NCBI RefSeq assembly: GCF_018350175.1
Contig: NC_058368.1
Location: 17,796,001 to 17,860,000, forward strand
DNA length: 64,000 bases
From: Felis catus
Lineage: Eukaryota
Direction of reading: 5' to 3'
Part shown: in pieces, positions 1 through 13,389 of the stretch
How positions within the stretch are numbered: the stretch's first letter is position 1
Layout of the letters: each line of letters begins with the position of its first letter
Program-made: the position numbers and the translations under genes
The notes under the pieces: generated by a model
The model's database searches: none
What the model saw: only the letters and a program-made list of their open reading frames with translations
What the model was told of the DNA's origin: nothing

Positions 1-150
1 GGAGGTATAGAGAAAGGGAGAATCCCAAGCAGGTTCCACCCTCTCAGCACGGAATCCCCTCACTTGCCACTCTGTGTCACCAACTGTGAGATCGGGGCCT
101 GAGCTGAAATCAAGAAGCAGACATTTAATTGACTGAGCCACCCAGGCTCC
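1..150 (-). mobile_element. Can-SINE, cut by window edge
   Basis: Reverse complement of SINE head and body: gagaatcccaagcagg...ctgagctgaaatcaag...gactgagccacccaggctcc. Confidence 0.9.
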
Positions 151-154
151 TCTT

Positions 155-556
155 GTTCATTTAATCTTCATGACAGCTCTAAGAGACAGGTGCCATGATT
201 GTCCCCATTTTATAAAGAAGGAAACTAAAGTACAGACAGGCTATATAACCCAAAGTTATGTAGTTTATAAGGGGCAGAGTTGGGACTTGAACCCGTGCAC
301 TCCAGCATCAGTAGACACGCTTTTTTTCTTTCTTTTAAAGATTTCTTTGTTTTTGAGACCAAGAGCACAAGTGGGAAGGGGCACAGAAAGGAGGAGGCAG
401 AAGATCCGAAGCGGGCTCTGCACTGACATCAGTGAGCCTGATGTCAGGCTCGAACTCACAAACCGTGAGATCGTGACCTCAGTCGAAGTCTGACACTCAA
501 CCGACTGAGCCACCCAGGCGGCCCTATACATGCTCTTAACCTCACCACTACATTGC
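155..556 (-). mobile_element. MIR, interrupted by a Can-SINE
   Basis: MIR core ccccattttataaagaaggaaactaaag...gggacttgaaccc; resumes after the SINE as atgctcttaacc...actaca. Confidence 0.75.
321..524 (-). mobile_element. Can-SINE (SINEC_Fc type)
   Basis: T-rich tail, body, head ends ctgagccacccaggcggccc; decayed TSD tagacacgct/tatacatgct. Confidence 0.93.
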
Positions 557-1029
557 TTGTCTCCAGATCATCAGAGAAGATTCCAGGGTGAATGAGAGCC
601 CTTGACCCTGCCCCAAGGAGTTTATAAAATTAAGTATAATACAAAGTAGTATACATATCCCCAAGGAGAATATAAAATATTGTGGCGTTTCAAAGAAGGG
701 AGAGATAATGTCTTATCAAAGAAAGGCAGAATATTTCATAAAGGCAAATAGCATTTTTTATTTGTTTTAATTCAGTCAACATACTTTTATTGAACTCTAT
801 TTTCTTCCACCTCTTCAAAGAGTTCCCAGTCAAGTAATAACTACACGATGCAGTCACACTGACCTGTCCTCAGAAAACTATTCTGCCGCTTAAAGTCAGA
901 GAATAAGATTTAAATATTCCCCAAATATGTTTCCATTTAACCTGCAACCCCTGAGCTACTTTTTAAAGAAGTAAGTATATCTGAAATGAATTTTTCTACC
1001 ATGCGACTCTATTTAACAGTTCAACGTGT

Positions 1030-1610
1030 GTTCGCGTTTGCACAAGTGTATTGAAATCCGACGTGCATATCGGAAGGTGCACATAATAAGTACACAGCTC
1101 AAAGAATTTCCACAAGCTGCATACACCAGTAACCTTTACTCGGATCAAAACAACAACGCGACTGGCACCCCACGAACCTTCATTCTGTGCCTTTTGTATC
1201 AGGATCTACCCCACATCCAACCATTATCCTAACTTCTAACAGACCAGATTGGTGTTGCCTGTCTTCGTACTTCTGTAAATGGAATCACAAATTATGTACT
1301 CTTCCGTTACAATCTCTTTCGCTCGACTTTATGTTTGTGAAATGCTGATGTCATCCAGGCTGCTGAGTGTCATGATGGTTGGTTCACTACCATTATGCTA
1401 GTGCTGCATACCATTGGGCCGGGTGAATATACCACATTATCAGCTCTGCTGTTGAGAGGCCTTCAATGGTTTCCAGTGTTTGTCTGCTACAAGAAAATGC
1501 TTCCGTGAACACTGTCACATATGCCTTTTCATTCACATACCTATATATTGCTGTTTTGAATATACTCAGGACTGGAATTGCTAGAGCAGAGTGTATGGGC
1601 ATTCCAAAAG
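1030..1610 (-). mobile_element. Old L1 (L1M) 3' fragment
   Basis: Antisense L1M 3' motifs: tgtaaatggaatcacaaattatgtactc, tatactcaggactggaattgct. Confidence 0.7.
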
Positions 1611-2740
1611 GCATTTCCTACCTGGAAATCAAGCCCAGGAAATAACATTATGTGTTAGTACACATCAAATCAGAAAGCATTAATAAAACAAGCATCGCTT
1701 GTGAGAAGTGTCACCACTCACACCTAACTCTTTCCAGAGTCTGATTTTGGCCACAGTTCAAGAGTAGCCCATCAACGGGACTGGCATTTGTTGCCATTTT
1801 CCAAGACCTTACTTTTAAGATCTCACACTGAGCTTTAGGGTATGTGCTTTAGAACATCTGAAAACATTCTCAGGGGCCATTTTGGCTGGAGCACAGGTAG
1901 AAAAAGGAGCCCTGCTCTGGGGACTCTGGGGACTCTCTCTGGGGGCAATTTGTTTGCTTTGTTTTTCTCTTTTCCAGCGCAGTCAAGTTAATTTCACACG
2001 TAGGGCTTCCAGTTCCTATTGCCGTGGGCTCATTTTTTTTTTTTTTTTGGCCATTTGTGTTAAAACATGCTGTGAAATTTTTACTTATGAAACTTGGATA
2101 GAAGGCATAATAATGCTAGTTATTTGTTTTATCTCTGCCCAAACACCTAAATGGCACAATTCCTTGGCAGTTACGCATTTTGTCTATGTCTATTGGCATT
2201 TAGACTCTTGAGAGTGTCAAGTTGGGGTAAATTAGACTGAAAAGGAAAAACAACCCAGCACATTAACTTATTTGAAAACATAAATAATTTACTAAAACCA
2301 GGCCGAATCGATGTCTTTGTGAAGACATTGGGCACGGATTTTTCTTAAAAACACTTTTAATTCAAGGGAGTGCTCCGATTTTAAAGTTTGGGTTTCTCCC
2401 CCTTTCTAAGCCTTATGTAGCTCAAGACCAGGTTATTTGGGGAAGAGCACATTCCTCAGCCCCAAGGACAGGCCAATTTGGCCTGGATTAACTTGTGTTG
2501 TGTTTTTTTGTAATAGCAACCCAAGACGGAAACATCTGGAAAAATACCCTGACTGAGCTGGTGGGATCAAAGACCAAAGTGAGGTAGTCTATTGTTAATT
2601 TCCAGGAACTGACACAGAGCGCAGAATGAAATAATTCAGCTGGGCATGAATCCCGGTGGATTTCTGAAGGGCTTGCATATCACTGTATTGCCAGGCCAGA
2701 GAGCTAAAGAAAGAGTTCAGCAAAACCGAGGAGAAATAAA

Positions 2741-2742
<2 letters not shown>

Positions 2743-2772
<30 letters not shown>
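2743..2772. repeat. (TG)15 microsatellite
   Basis: Direct read. Confidence 0.97.
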
Positions 2773-2773
<1 letters not shown>

Positions 2774-3229
2774 ATGTGCACACATACATGTCAAACAACT
2801 CAAATCAGTAATCAATATGTTCATGGTATATTCTTCTTATGGCAAAGACAACTTGCCACAAAGATATCAAAAAAAAAAAAAAAATACAAAGGCCAGCTGA
2901 AGAAGCACTTAAGTCATTCAGGACTTGAAGTCAGGAATTGAGTTTGCAGAGAAACGTCTTGGTCCCCGACCAGACTGAGTTCCAGAGGGTAATGACTGTC
3001 TGGTTTATCCTTGCTCTCATTAGTGGCTCACAATAACCAAAAGCCTACTGGGTGAAGAATAAAGGAGCGAATAACTGAGTGAGAGAACAAACATCACAAA
3101 CAGCCAAACTTTGTAGCCTAGATGCTGAGTTTGACTCTTCTCAAGCCTTTCTAAACTGCAGTCAAGTTATCTCCTTGACTTTTAGTAAATACATTAAGAA
3201 ATGAGGGCAGAAAAGCAAACAATACTTAC

Positions 3230-3261
3230 CTCACTTGTGAGGATATTTGATACTTAGGTAT
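3230..3261 (-). other. Candidate 32-nt exon
   Basis: Minus-strand acceptor tctttctagtccatattctgtag and near-perfect donor GAG|GTAAGTAT; no transcript evidence. Confidence 0.3.
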
Positions 3262-3495
3262 CTACAGAATATGGACTAGAAAGACCCTTTAGAGATCCCC
3301 ACTATTTTTCTGGCCATGGAAGGTGTTGAATGAGAAACAGAATGGATATAGGCTGAAGACATGTGCAGAAGATGAGATTATGCAGATTCCCTGCATGACA
3401 TCTGAGAGCAGAGCACTGAGCAAATATCCATGGCAATGGGAATGATAAATAAAGCTCATATAAACTGAAGGGTTTGGTAGGGTGGAGAATATTCA

Positions 3496-3705
3496 GGGGT
3501 GCCTGGGTGGTTCAGTCAGTTAAGTGTCTGACTTTGGCTCAGGTCATGATCTCACGGTTCGTGAGTTCAAGCCCTGCATAGGGCTCTGTGCTGACAGCTC
3601 AGAGCCTGGAGCCTGCTTCAGATTCTGTGTCTCCCTCTCTCGGTCCCTCCCCCACTCGCACTCTGTCTCCCTCTCTCTCAAAAATAAATAAACTTAAAAA
3701 AAAAA
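3496..3705 (+). mobile_element. Can-SINE, first of tandem pair
   Basis: ggggtgcctgggtggttcagtc head, CT tract, A tail, TSD agaatatt. Confidence 0.95.
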
Positions 3706-3713
3706 AGAATATT

Positions 3714-3930
3714 GTGGCGCCTGGGTGGCTCAGTCAGTTAAGCTTCCGACTTTGGCTGGGGTCATGATTTTGTGGTTTGTGGGTTCGAGCTCCATGTTGG
3801 GTTCTGTGCTGACAGCTTGGAGCCTGGAGCCTGCTTCGGATTCTGTGTCTCCCTCCCTCTCTGTCCCTTGCCTGCTCGTGCTCTGTCTCTCTCTCTCTCA
3901 CACTCAAAAACAAATAAAAACATTAAAAAA
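3714..3930 (+). mobile_element. Can-SINE, second of tandem pair
   Basis: ggcgcctgggtggctcagtc head immediately after the first element's TSD. Confidence 0.95.
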
Positions 3931-4123
3931 TATATAAATACATAAAATACATACATAATATATATATACATACATATATAAATATATAAAAGAATATTTA
4001 CATATATATGTACATATTATATAAATATATACATATATATAAATACATAAATATATAAATACATAAATATTTAATAATTTATTTAATAATTTAATAAATA
4101 TATAAATACATAAAAGAATATTT
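3931..4123. repeat. AT-rich (TA)n-like low-complexity tail expansion
   Basis: Direct read; contains aaaagaatatttaca twice. Confidence 0.9.
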
Positions 4124-4194
4124 ACAAGGTTTAGGGGGAAACATCTGAACCATTCGAATCAGGTCATAAGATGGAGATTCTGTTCTGGAATATA

Positions 4195-4308
4195 AACCTG
4201 AAGAGGGCTGGTATCTTTATCTGGTTTGTTCATCAATGTTTCCCGAGGGTCTAGAACAATGGCTGGCACATTATAGACGCTCAGCACTTATTTGTTGGGT
4301 GAATGAGC
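4195..4308 (+). mobile_element. L2 3' end
   Basis: tctagaacaatggctggcacat...ctcag...atttgttgggtgaatga. Confidence 0.7.
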
Positions 4309-5026
4309 AAACCTTAAAGTGTTAAAATAAAAAAAAAAAAAAGAGGGGGTATTAAACACTAGTATATTGGGCGCATTCGTTGGCCAGTTCATTTACTCTC
4401 ATTTTCTCAGTTGAAAGCAGAAGGTAACAATGCTGAGTGCGGTGCTACACAGTTACACTTTCTCTCTTCTCCCGCTCCTTTTCCACTATAACCTTGTAAT
4501 ACTTGGGCACTAAGGTGCAAAGTCTGAAGCCGGAGAACAGTAGAATCGGACTCATCTACTTAATGTGTGATGCATTATTTAGCTGCAAGAAAGGAGAATC
4601 TGTCAGCTTTCTCTCCTTATAGTTCGTGTGACCATAAATTGAATCTAGGCAAGTCGGGAAGTCGTGCAGTTTCTTAAACGTTTATCACTCCGGTGTTGGA
4701 GGTGGTAGAAATTATTTGTAAATGGCATGCAAATCAAATTTTCCTCCTCAAGTTGTTAAAACCTCAGTTCTGCTGGTCCCAGCAGAACTATTTTAAATCT
4801 TCTCGCCTACAGTCGGCATATAAACATTTGTCACAGGCGTTTAAAGGATGAATACATTTTGTACAATCGCATATGGCTGTTTTTGTAAACGTGAATACAT
4901 TTTTGTTTCAAAATGTCATTTGCAGATCTCTTCTGTCCTGCCTAGACATTCAGGTTATTACAAAATTTAAGAGTCCAAATATGAGTGGAGACTCCTCTTA
5001 ACGCCAGAAAGAAACACAGGGGGAAT

Positions 5027-5070
5027 GGGCGGAGTTGCTTTTACTACACTTCTTATCAGTGTCTTATCTC
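5027..5070. promoter_or_regulatory. Sp/KLF box plus paired GATA motifs
   Basis: gggcggagt, then cttatcagtgtcttatctc (TGATAA and AGATAA on minus strand). Confidence 0.35.
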
Positions 5071-7062
5071 TGCCTTGAAATCGCCCTGGCTGATTCATAC
5101 CTGTCTTGAGAGAGAAGGAGACTGGATTTTACCATAAAGACTAACTACCCAGCCTTTCTCCCAAAGGCGCTATTGGCAGACATGGGCAGAAGCATCTGTG
5201 GGAAGCCCCGGAATCCTCTGACTTGGGTGCCATGGACTTAACAAGGCTAAATTGGGTCACAGCAGCTGCACGAGACTAAGGGCTGTGCGAGCAGCCCTAC
5301 AGAGGCCTACATTCCTAAAGCACGTATGGGAAGCCCAAGTGAGAATTTTATTTTGCTTTTTTTTTTTTAAAAAAAGAGACCTTTTTGCTCCTCCTTATCT
5401 TTCAGCCTGCAGCACCTCTAACTTTCCTCCCCCGTCAAAAAGACAGAGGAAAGGGTAGGAGTCACATCAATGACAAAGTTTCCTTCAGCAAAAAATTTCC
5501 CTGTTAGCCATGCTGCAAAAGTTCATTAGCTGAATGCACCATTCTCCCCAGAGCTCATCTTTATTCCTCTCTCCTTCCCCCTCCCTCCTCCTTTCTTTTT
5601 AACCTTTCAGTGCAGAATTAAGTCTTTGTGATATTCAGCACATCAATGAACTCTCGCCCAGCCCCAGAGGAGCTCGGGCCAGGGGCCACTCTGTGGGCCG
5701 CATTCCAATTCAGTGAGGTGGTGACAAGGAAACCCAGCCCAGCCCTCAAATGGGCCCTGTGTCTGAGTATGATTCATAACACAAACATGTTTAGAAAGCG
5801 AAAGAAAGGAAGAAAAAGGCATGGGATTTGGAGTCATTGAGTCAGTATTGTTGGAAGATTTAGAGCATTATAAAAACAGAGAAAGAGGATTTATTCTTGT
5901 GCTCCAACCCCCAATCCACGGGCAGATCTGGCCAATGGCATTACACAACATCTTCTCAAATAAGCTCAAATTAAAGCAAAACAAAACCAAACCCCCAACC
6001 ACTCTTCCCACCCCCACCTCCTGCTCCTAGCCTGTCCTGGTAAGATAAGCAGATGAATGAATGAACCAAGGAACAAATGAATAAGTGAGTGAAACAAACA
6101 AGCCATTTTTGACTATGGCTGGTCTTGTCTATAATTATTTCTTTTTCCTTATGAATAATGGAGGGGCAAAGTCTGAATTAACTGCTGATTCTTTTTTATG
6201 AGATTTGGGGGAAAATGCTGCAAGGACATATAAATATTCAGTGAACTTAAAGAACAAATTAATTTAGGTGTTCTCATTTATCCACATGGAGTATAATCGA
6301 TTCAAAACTAAATAATTGATCGGCTAGAGATATACCCCGATTCCTAAAATAAAATTTTAAAGAAAAGAGTAAAGCGTTTGTTTATTTAGGATTCAACAGA
6401 ACCAATCCCGATGTAAACAGAACTGGCCATGTCTTAGTTCTGTATTACTCCCTTATTTTTAATACATTGATGTACACAGCACATGTTATCCAGGGATCTC
6501 CTTATAACGCACGTGGCCGCATATTAAAAATTATAGAAGCTAATATTAGTTTGAACGTGTACAGCCTCTGATGATTATCACACACTTTAAATGACAGACG
6601 TCTATGTGACCCTCATCATTAGAGCAGGATTCCTTAAAGCTCCAAATAGCAGCTCTATGCATCTTCTTCAGTTGTCCAAATAAAATATTTGGTCTGTTCG
6701 CAGAAATCTCACAATATTGCCTTATCTTTAGGAAATTAAAATAGCTCTGCCTTTCCTATTTTATGCTCTTGTAATCGCTGGCATTAACATAAAAATATCC
6801 ACTGTGACAAACCGGCCCCGAGGCCTTTAGAGCATATAAACAGGCCCCTTCATTCTGAGCTGCGTGGAGAGTAAAGGTGGAAAATGGATTCCACGTTTAG
6901 GGACACGTAAGGTGCTGGCCAACGACCAGAGCAAAGGTTCAACAGATTCACTTTTTTCTGAAATGCTTCAACAATATTACACACTCCACCACTTTTTGTT
7001 TTAAAGAAATAGGGGGTGGATTAAACTCTTCAATTTGTCAACAGTGAATCAATCTACATTTT

Positions 7063-7273
7063 ATTTTTTTTAATGTTTATTTATTTTTGAGAGAGACAGA
7101 GACAGAGTGTGAGCAGGGGAGGGGCAGAGGGAGAGGGAGACACAGAATCCGAAGCAGGCTCCAGGCTCTGAGCTGTCAGCACAGAGCCCGACATGGAGCT
7201 TGAACCCATGAACTGTGAGATCATGACCTGAGGCCAAGTCAGATGCTTAAGTGACTGAGCCGCCCAGGCACCC
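7063..7273 (-). mobile_element. Can-SINE
   Basis: Full element; perfect 15-bp TSD atcaatctacatttt (7048-7062, 7274-7288). Confidence 0.96.
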
Positions 7274-10200
7274 ATCAATCTACATTTTCAACGTTAATGC
7301 ATTAAGAGGACAGTCTCACACATCAAGGACACACTGTACTCCCTTTGGATTGACCTCAATCTTGCTTGCAAAAGGGAATGCACGCTCCTCAATGTGAAAT
7401 ACATGATATATAATAACGGTTTGTTTCTCTATGCTGGGACTTCTTGCTTCTTGTGAAGTACAAGTACCAGCCCATATCCTCTCAGCAGTGAATTTAGACT
7501 GATGTCATTGGTGGGACTGCAGTGGTCTAAGGTCAAAGTCTTTTATATCAGTGAACAAAGAAAGAGAGGAACACTTTCAGGCTGCTCTGGAGAAACGGAT
7601 TCAAAACATACTTGGTATTCCCATCCTCTCCTCTGGAAAGAAAACGTGAGATGGAGTATTGTAATTCTTATTTAAAGAATTAAAATAAGAATCAGTTTAC
7701 AATAATTAAAAAAATAGATATTATTTTATTCCATCTGTAAGCTTTACAACTAATAAATTCCTCATTCACTGTGTGTAAAGTAAGAGTTGAGTTAGTCTTC
7801 TGAAATTAATTAAAATGTTTTAACTTCTACCAAAACTGTTACAGTCCTAATTGGGCAAAGTGGTTTAGGTTCATAATTCCTCTAAATCCTCATTTTTATT
7901 GAAATTTTTAATCACTATGAGTTTTGCGCATACCAGTCTCAACTTTAAAATAACATCATGCATATTCCCCTGCCTGTGAAAAATTCAGAAACTATTTTTC
8001 TTTTTTTTCTTGAGGGCATTTTCCCAAGCTGAGCCTTACCAATATAGGTTAGAATTGGCTCAAACCTTTTCTAGTGATGTTTAAAAAAATCCAAGTACTT
8101 TTTATAATCATTAATAAGATACTGTATTTCTTTTATAGAAGTGAAAATAAAGGAGTGATGATTTTCAATAAAAGGACCAAAGGCACAAAGAGATTTTATG
8201 GAAAATACACAGCTCAATAGCCTGTGTGTTCCTAGAAGGTCTGGGTCACTAACTGTGTGTGCACCTGTTCAGCTGCCCCTGGCCTTTATATTAACAGGCA
8301 AGCCTTCTTCGAATTAGGCTCTCTGAAGTCTATACCCACTGTTGTCTCACAGCTCTCCTCCTAATTGATGTGGACCACACCCTCAGAAATAAGTCTTACT
8401 TCCCAAAGGCTTTGGAGTGTCTGAAGATTATGGTCTGGGCTATTATGCAATTGTCAACATACAGCGTATGCCTTTGCCTTTCAAAGTGTAATCTATACCT
8501 CAACTTGAACCTCTTTAGGTAGATTCACCCTCTGTGTCTCCTTTCTGTAAGTAGCAATTAATGCTGCCAGCATGACGGGGGGGGGGGGGAATAAAACCAT
8601 GCTATTTAAAAGAGCTGTTCTAAAGGAAGAAAAGAGGAGAGAGCTCGCAGCCAGAAGCTGGGACCCTACCACACCAGTTTTCTTAACACATCAAAATTAC
8701 AGGATTTCTTTTATGCGTAGTATGATCCAAAATGCCCACCAAGAATTGGCTTGTGAATGTCAAGGGGGGTGAGCTCTGTGACATTGGGGTGGGGGAGAGA
8801 ACACCCTCAGACTTCTGGCAAAAAGAAGGTAGACTTTGTCAAAAGTTAGAAAACTTTCAAAAGGCTGTTTGAAAGGCTTGAAAGAACTGTTATTTTCACT
8901 TTCATTGTAAGAGATACTTGAGGGAGAAGGACATGGCGAGAGGCGGGGAAAGAACCTTCCCGGTATATTGCTGCAAACAACTGGAAGCAAGATAAAAACT
9001 GTTATGATGGTACACCCTGTATTTGCCCAGCACTTTCTCAATTGTACCAGTAGTCTTGAAGTTATTTGTCCTGGAAAGAATTCTCCTCCTTCCTTCCTAC
9101 AGTACAGTTCTTATGCACACTGGTATCTCGTCTTTAAATTCCAAGTCTGGGTTATTCTTTTCTCAAAACCAGGAAACAGTTTGGTGACAGAACTGAAAAG
9201 GAGTTGTGTTTTATCATTTTTGTTCTGCCAGGAGGGCATTCTTATTCCCTGTGGTAGCAATACCTAACATCCCTATCAGATCACACACAAAAACAATATC
9301 ACAACGATAGGTGCCCATTTACTTTTCTATTACATCCCTGACAGGCTGTCAATCATGGAGAAAAGCCAAAAGGTTTAAAGTAAAACTTCAAAAGACACTT
9401 CAAAAAGTGATGCATATGCTTCATATTTGCTTATTGGTTTAAAATTCTTAATTATAAAAAATGTTTGTTTTAAAAAATATTTTGCCAGATATAATTAATA
9501 ATTTGAAATTCTTCTTACAAATGTTACTAAATGTTGAAATTCACAAACATTTAAGCTTTTGGTTCATAACACACCAATCACTCATATACTGTGATGAAAT
9601 AGATTCCAGCTTTATGACTGATCCTACATATTGAAAGAATTTAAAACCCATTCTTAATGTCATTTAGATGGTTTCATTGGGTGAATGATAGCCCACTGTT
9701 CCACTCTTTGGTTTCACAAGGTATGAAATCAGATGTTTCATATCAATACTATTATCATTTCCAAATGAACATTCACTTGGCAAGATCCCATACTAATGGA
9801 CTGACAAATTCAAGGTCCCGACTTCGTTCCCGCTGGTAAACAATAGAGAAATTAATGGGGCCATTTTGGAAACGCACAGCTGTCATCTGTTTCTACTTAC
9901 CAAAGCAGTCCAATAAAAGGACCTTAGAGGGAGGAGGGAGGAAGGTTGAAAAGTGGTTTCAGAATGCTGTAATTTGAAGGCTGGCTATATGAACAAAACC
10001 TTTTATATCACATATTTGAGTTCTGTTCTCATACCTGGTGAAATACACACATCCAAAGCCAACCTGAGGAATCTGGCTTCTCATAGAGAACAATCAAGTA
10101 GATTGGTCATCTTAACACTTGTCTAGTATAGCAATATAATGGATGGAGTAAACCTAAAAATTGGTTTGGGTTTGTCTGTTTCTTTCTTCCTTATGAATCT

Positions 10201-11324
10201 TCAGGAGATGACCTTGTCTTATGTCCCTTTTGCAGATTTTTTCAGAGATAATCATGGTCAATAATCTGGGAGCAAGTACCAAGAAATGGCAAGTTATGAA
10301 ATAAGTTATGTTGTTGCTATCATTATTTTTTATATAAATGGCAGCAGACAACTTGGTGTGTTTAAATGTTAGGTATTAATTCCAAAAAAAAATGCTTGTG
10401 TATTTCAGTTCAAGAAGAAAATATAGTGTGTGACGGCCACAAGTTGCTTATAAAAATATACTCTTTTATTTTGGAAGCTTTCATTTCAGCTCCTTTTCTT
10501 CAGCAACTTATTTTGGGCCAGTAGCTTCATTTGTGTTGTCTTTTATTGGATCCAAGAATCAACGAAAGGATGCTCCATTGTGTGTAGTCCTCCACAGGTC
10601 TCTTGCAGTACTTAGATTGTATCAAATATTATACACAAATTTACTAGATTGGAATATCAACAACACTTCAATATGCCAAATGACTTTAGTTATGCCTTAT
10701 TTCAGAAACATTTGAAGCATGTACTTTTCAAAAACACAATGCAATGAAATCTTCAAAGTTATATGGCCGGAGGTCACAACGTTCAGCCTACATGGGATTT
10801 CACAAATGCCAATTTCTGAGATTTATATCAGCAAAGAACCTTCATTTCTCTTCTCTTATTCCCTTTAATTTATCCCATGTTCTGGTGGTAACCACAGAAT
10901 CAGCTGTAGTTTCATGGACAAGATGGAAACTCTTAGCGTCTAATTCATCACCGGAGCCTCAGGGCCCAAATTCTGTCCTCTCCTTGTCCTCTACTTCCTT
11001 GTCCATCATTGCTGTGGTAAGACATGCATTTTCCTAACTTATAGGGGTGAATTCTTTAGGTATTAAGAGCACATTAAAATTTGAGAGCCAAACAGTAATT
11101 TAAGACAAATTGGTTGACATGCTCCAACCCTGAACACAGACGCTGCAGGATATACATTTGTCTAAAGAAACTAAGGGGCCTGAGCTCTTTCCCTCGGAAC
11201 TTTTTCGCCTCCCACTTCTCGCTGGCTGCCCTCTGTGTCTTTCATTTTCCTTCTTGCCTCCTCTCTCGAACTTCGAAATGAACTGACTCTAATATACGAC
11301 AGAAGAGTATACCAGCAAGTTACA

Positions 11325-11525
11325 GTCCAGTGACAGCAAGTACATTTTTATTGTTGTGCACCCACGACCACCATCATCTCCAGAACTCTGTCATCCTCTC
11401 ACACTGAGTCTGTCCCCATTAACCAGTAGCTCTTCAGCCCTCCTCCTCCCAGCCCCTAGTAACCATTATTCTCCTATCTCTGAATTTGACTATTCTAGGT
11501 GCTCACATAAGGGAAATCAGTGGAT
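11325..11525 (-). mobile_element. L1MB-like 3' end fragment
   Basis: accaccatc-tccagaact...cccagcccctagtaaccattattct...tgaatttgactattctagg. Confidence 0.75.
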
Positions 11526-11779
11526 ATAGCGAAATTAATTTTAAAAAGCACAAGTAGCATGATGACTACTTATCTCGAGAAATAAACACATCAAGCTGAT
11601 CGAGCTGGCTTTTATTGATGTGTAGCCTTCCTTTCTGTTGGCTTGAGTATCTTTAATTCTGAATAGAAAACGGAAGATCTAACTTTTCGCTCCAAGATGA
11701 TCACAAATCCATTTAGTTTATTACGTGTGCCTTTTCCTTTCAAGACAATCCATCTGTCAGTTGGCCCCTATTACACTCC

Positions 11780-12380
11780 AGATGGAATGCTAGGCAGGCC
11801 CAGAGGATAAAATGGTGACCAACACAGACAGAGCCCCGAACTTCACCCAGTTCATGCTGTAGGGGAGAAACAGCTAACAGAGAATTCAAGCACTCTCATA
11901 AAGACTTCTTCCGATAGGAAGAATGCAGGGTGTTTCAAGAGGTACAAATTCAGCTTGGGAAAATGAGGGCTTCTGGGGAAAAGTAATTTATGAGCAGAGA
12001 TGTGAGAGATAAGCAGAATCAGAGGTGGGCAAGAGGGATCCCAGGCCCGGGGAAGAGTATCTGTGAAAAAGACCTGAAGGAATTTCAACAGAGATGAGTC
12101 AAGTGCGAGACAGGGAATAGAGAGAGATGAGACACAACAGTGCCAGCAGGGCACACGGGACCTTGTGTGAGTCGCAGGGAGCAGTCTGCATTCTTTTTCC
12201 AAAGCGGTGGGAGTTGTAGGGCTCCCGGCAGTAGTGCGACAGGATCGCGCTGCAGAGGGCTCACCCTGGCTAAAATTAGATTAGGAGTAGAAACGAAACC
12301 TAATAAAGCTAGTTGGGGATTATTAAGAGTAATCCAGGGGTGAGAGTGGTACGACCTACAGCAAAAGCAGTAGAAAGGAA
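11780..12380 (-). mobile_element. L2 fragment
   Basis: Purine-rich antisense L2 signature (gctaggc...ggataaaatggtgaccaacacagacagagccc; agagtaatccagg). Confidence 0.6.
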
Positions 12381-13141
12381 GTGACGTCTCCTTTGCATAG
12401 AGTTTCTGTAAACCCTTATCATTTTTCTTTTTTTTAAGAGCTCCAAACGAAACAGTTACATGAGATCATGGCTTTTCCCTCAAGTGGCTCATGTATCAAA
12501 ATGAAAATATAAACAGAATTATGTGACATTTGATAATAAAATGAAAAGATTTAAAAAGATAGTTTGATCTTCGATTTGAAAATTCAACGAAACCTAGAGA
12601 GAAAAAAAAGACAGATTTTCACCTTAGAGTCTCAATCCTACAATTTAGGGTAAGAAAGTTTTCAGAAATTTTCAGTAAGCGAAGGTTGTGAATGTGGGAA
12701 ACGCCAAGTGGTTACGAACAGGCTGCCAAACGAAGCTGTCAACAATCGCACCGTGGGTTCAACCTCATCACGCCGATGATGATAATGTGGCCGTGAGGGA
12801 AACATAAATATCGTGCGCATGTAAACTACAAGGGCATGTGAGTAAAGGAAATAGCAAAGTGGGACTACAGAAAAATGTATCAGTTGTTCATATGCCACTT
12901 TACATTCCCATAAATGAGCAGTTAGATAAAAGTTATGGGGGTTTTTACTAACTTAAAAAATGCTATCACAACTTTTCAAAATGATGACAGTGTCCTGGTA
13001 TAATTTCAGAGATTTGGAATCCATGTGGCTATCATATCTCATTTTTAGCTGTCATAAATTAATACGAAACTTGAAGAAAGGGCACCATACATTCCTAAAA
13101 TATTTCCCAGAACTCTTAAAAGTAATGGGGGGTGGGGAGGA

Positions 13142-13340
13142 GGGACGCCTGGGTGGCTCAGTCGGTTGAGTGCCTGACTCTTGATTTCGGCTCAGGTCAT
13201 GATCTCATGGTTCATGAGTTCCAGCCCCACATCAGGCTCTTTGCTGTCAGCACAGAGCCTGCTTCACATCCTCTGTCTCCCTCTCTCTGTCTCTCCCCTG
13301 CTTGTGCTCTCTCTGTCAAAAATAAAATAAACATTAAAAA
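13142..13340 (+). mobile_element. Can-SINE (older type)
   Basis: gggacgcctgggtggctcagtcggttgag head, CT tract, A tail. Confidence 0.95.
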
Positions 13341-13389
13341 GTAGCTAATTTTATGTTATATATACATATATTTTACCATAGTAAAAATA

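Noticed and set aside
12660..12900. CpG-richer stretch with 78-aa ORF
   Set aside because: Could not assign to any repeat or gene with confidence
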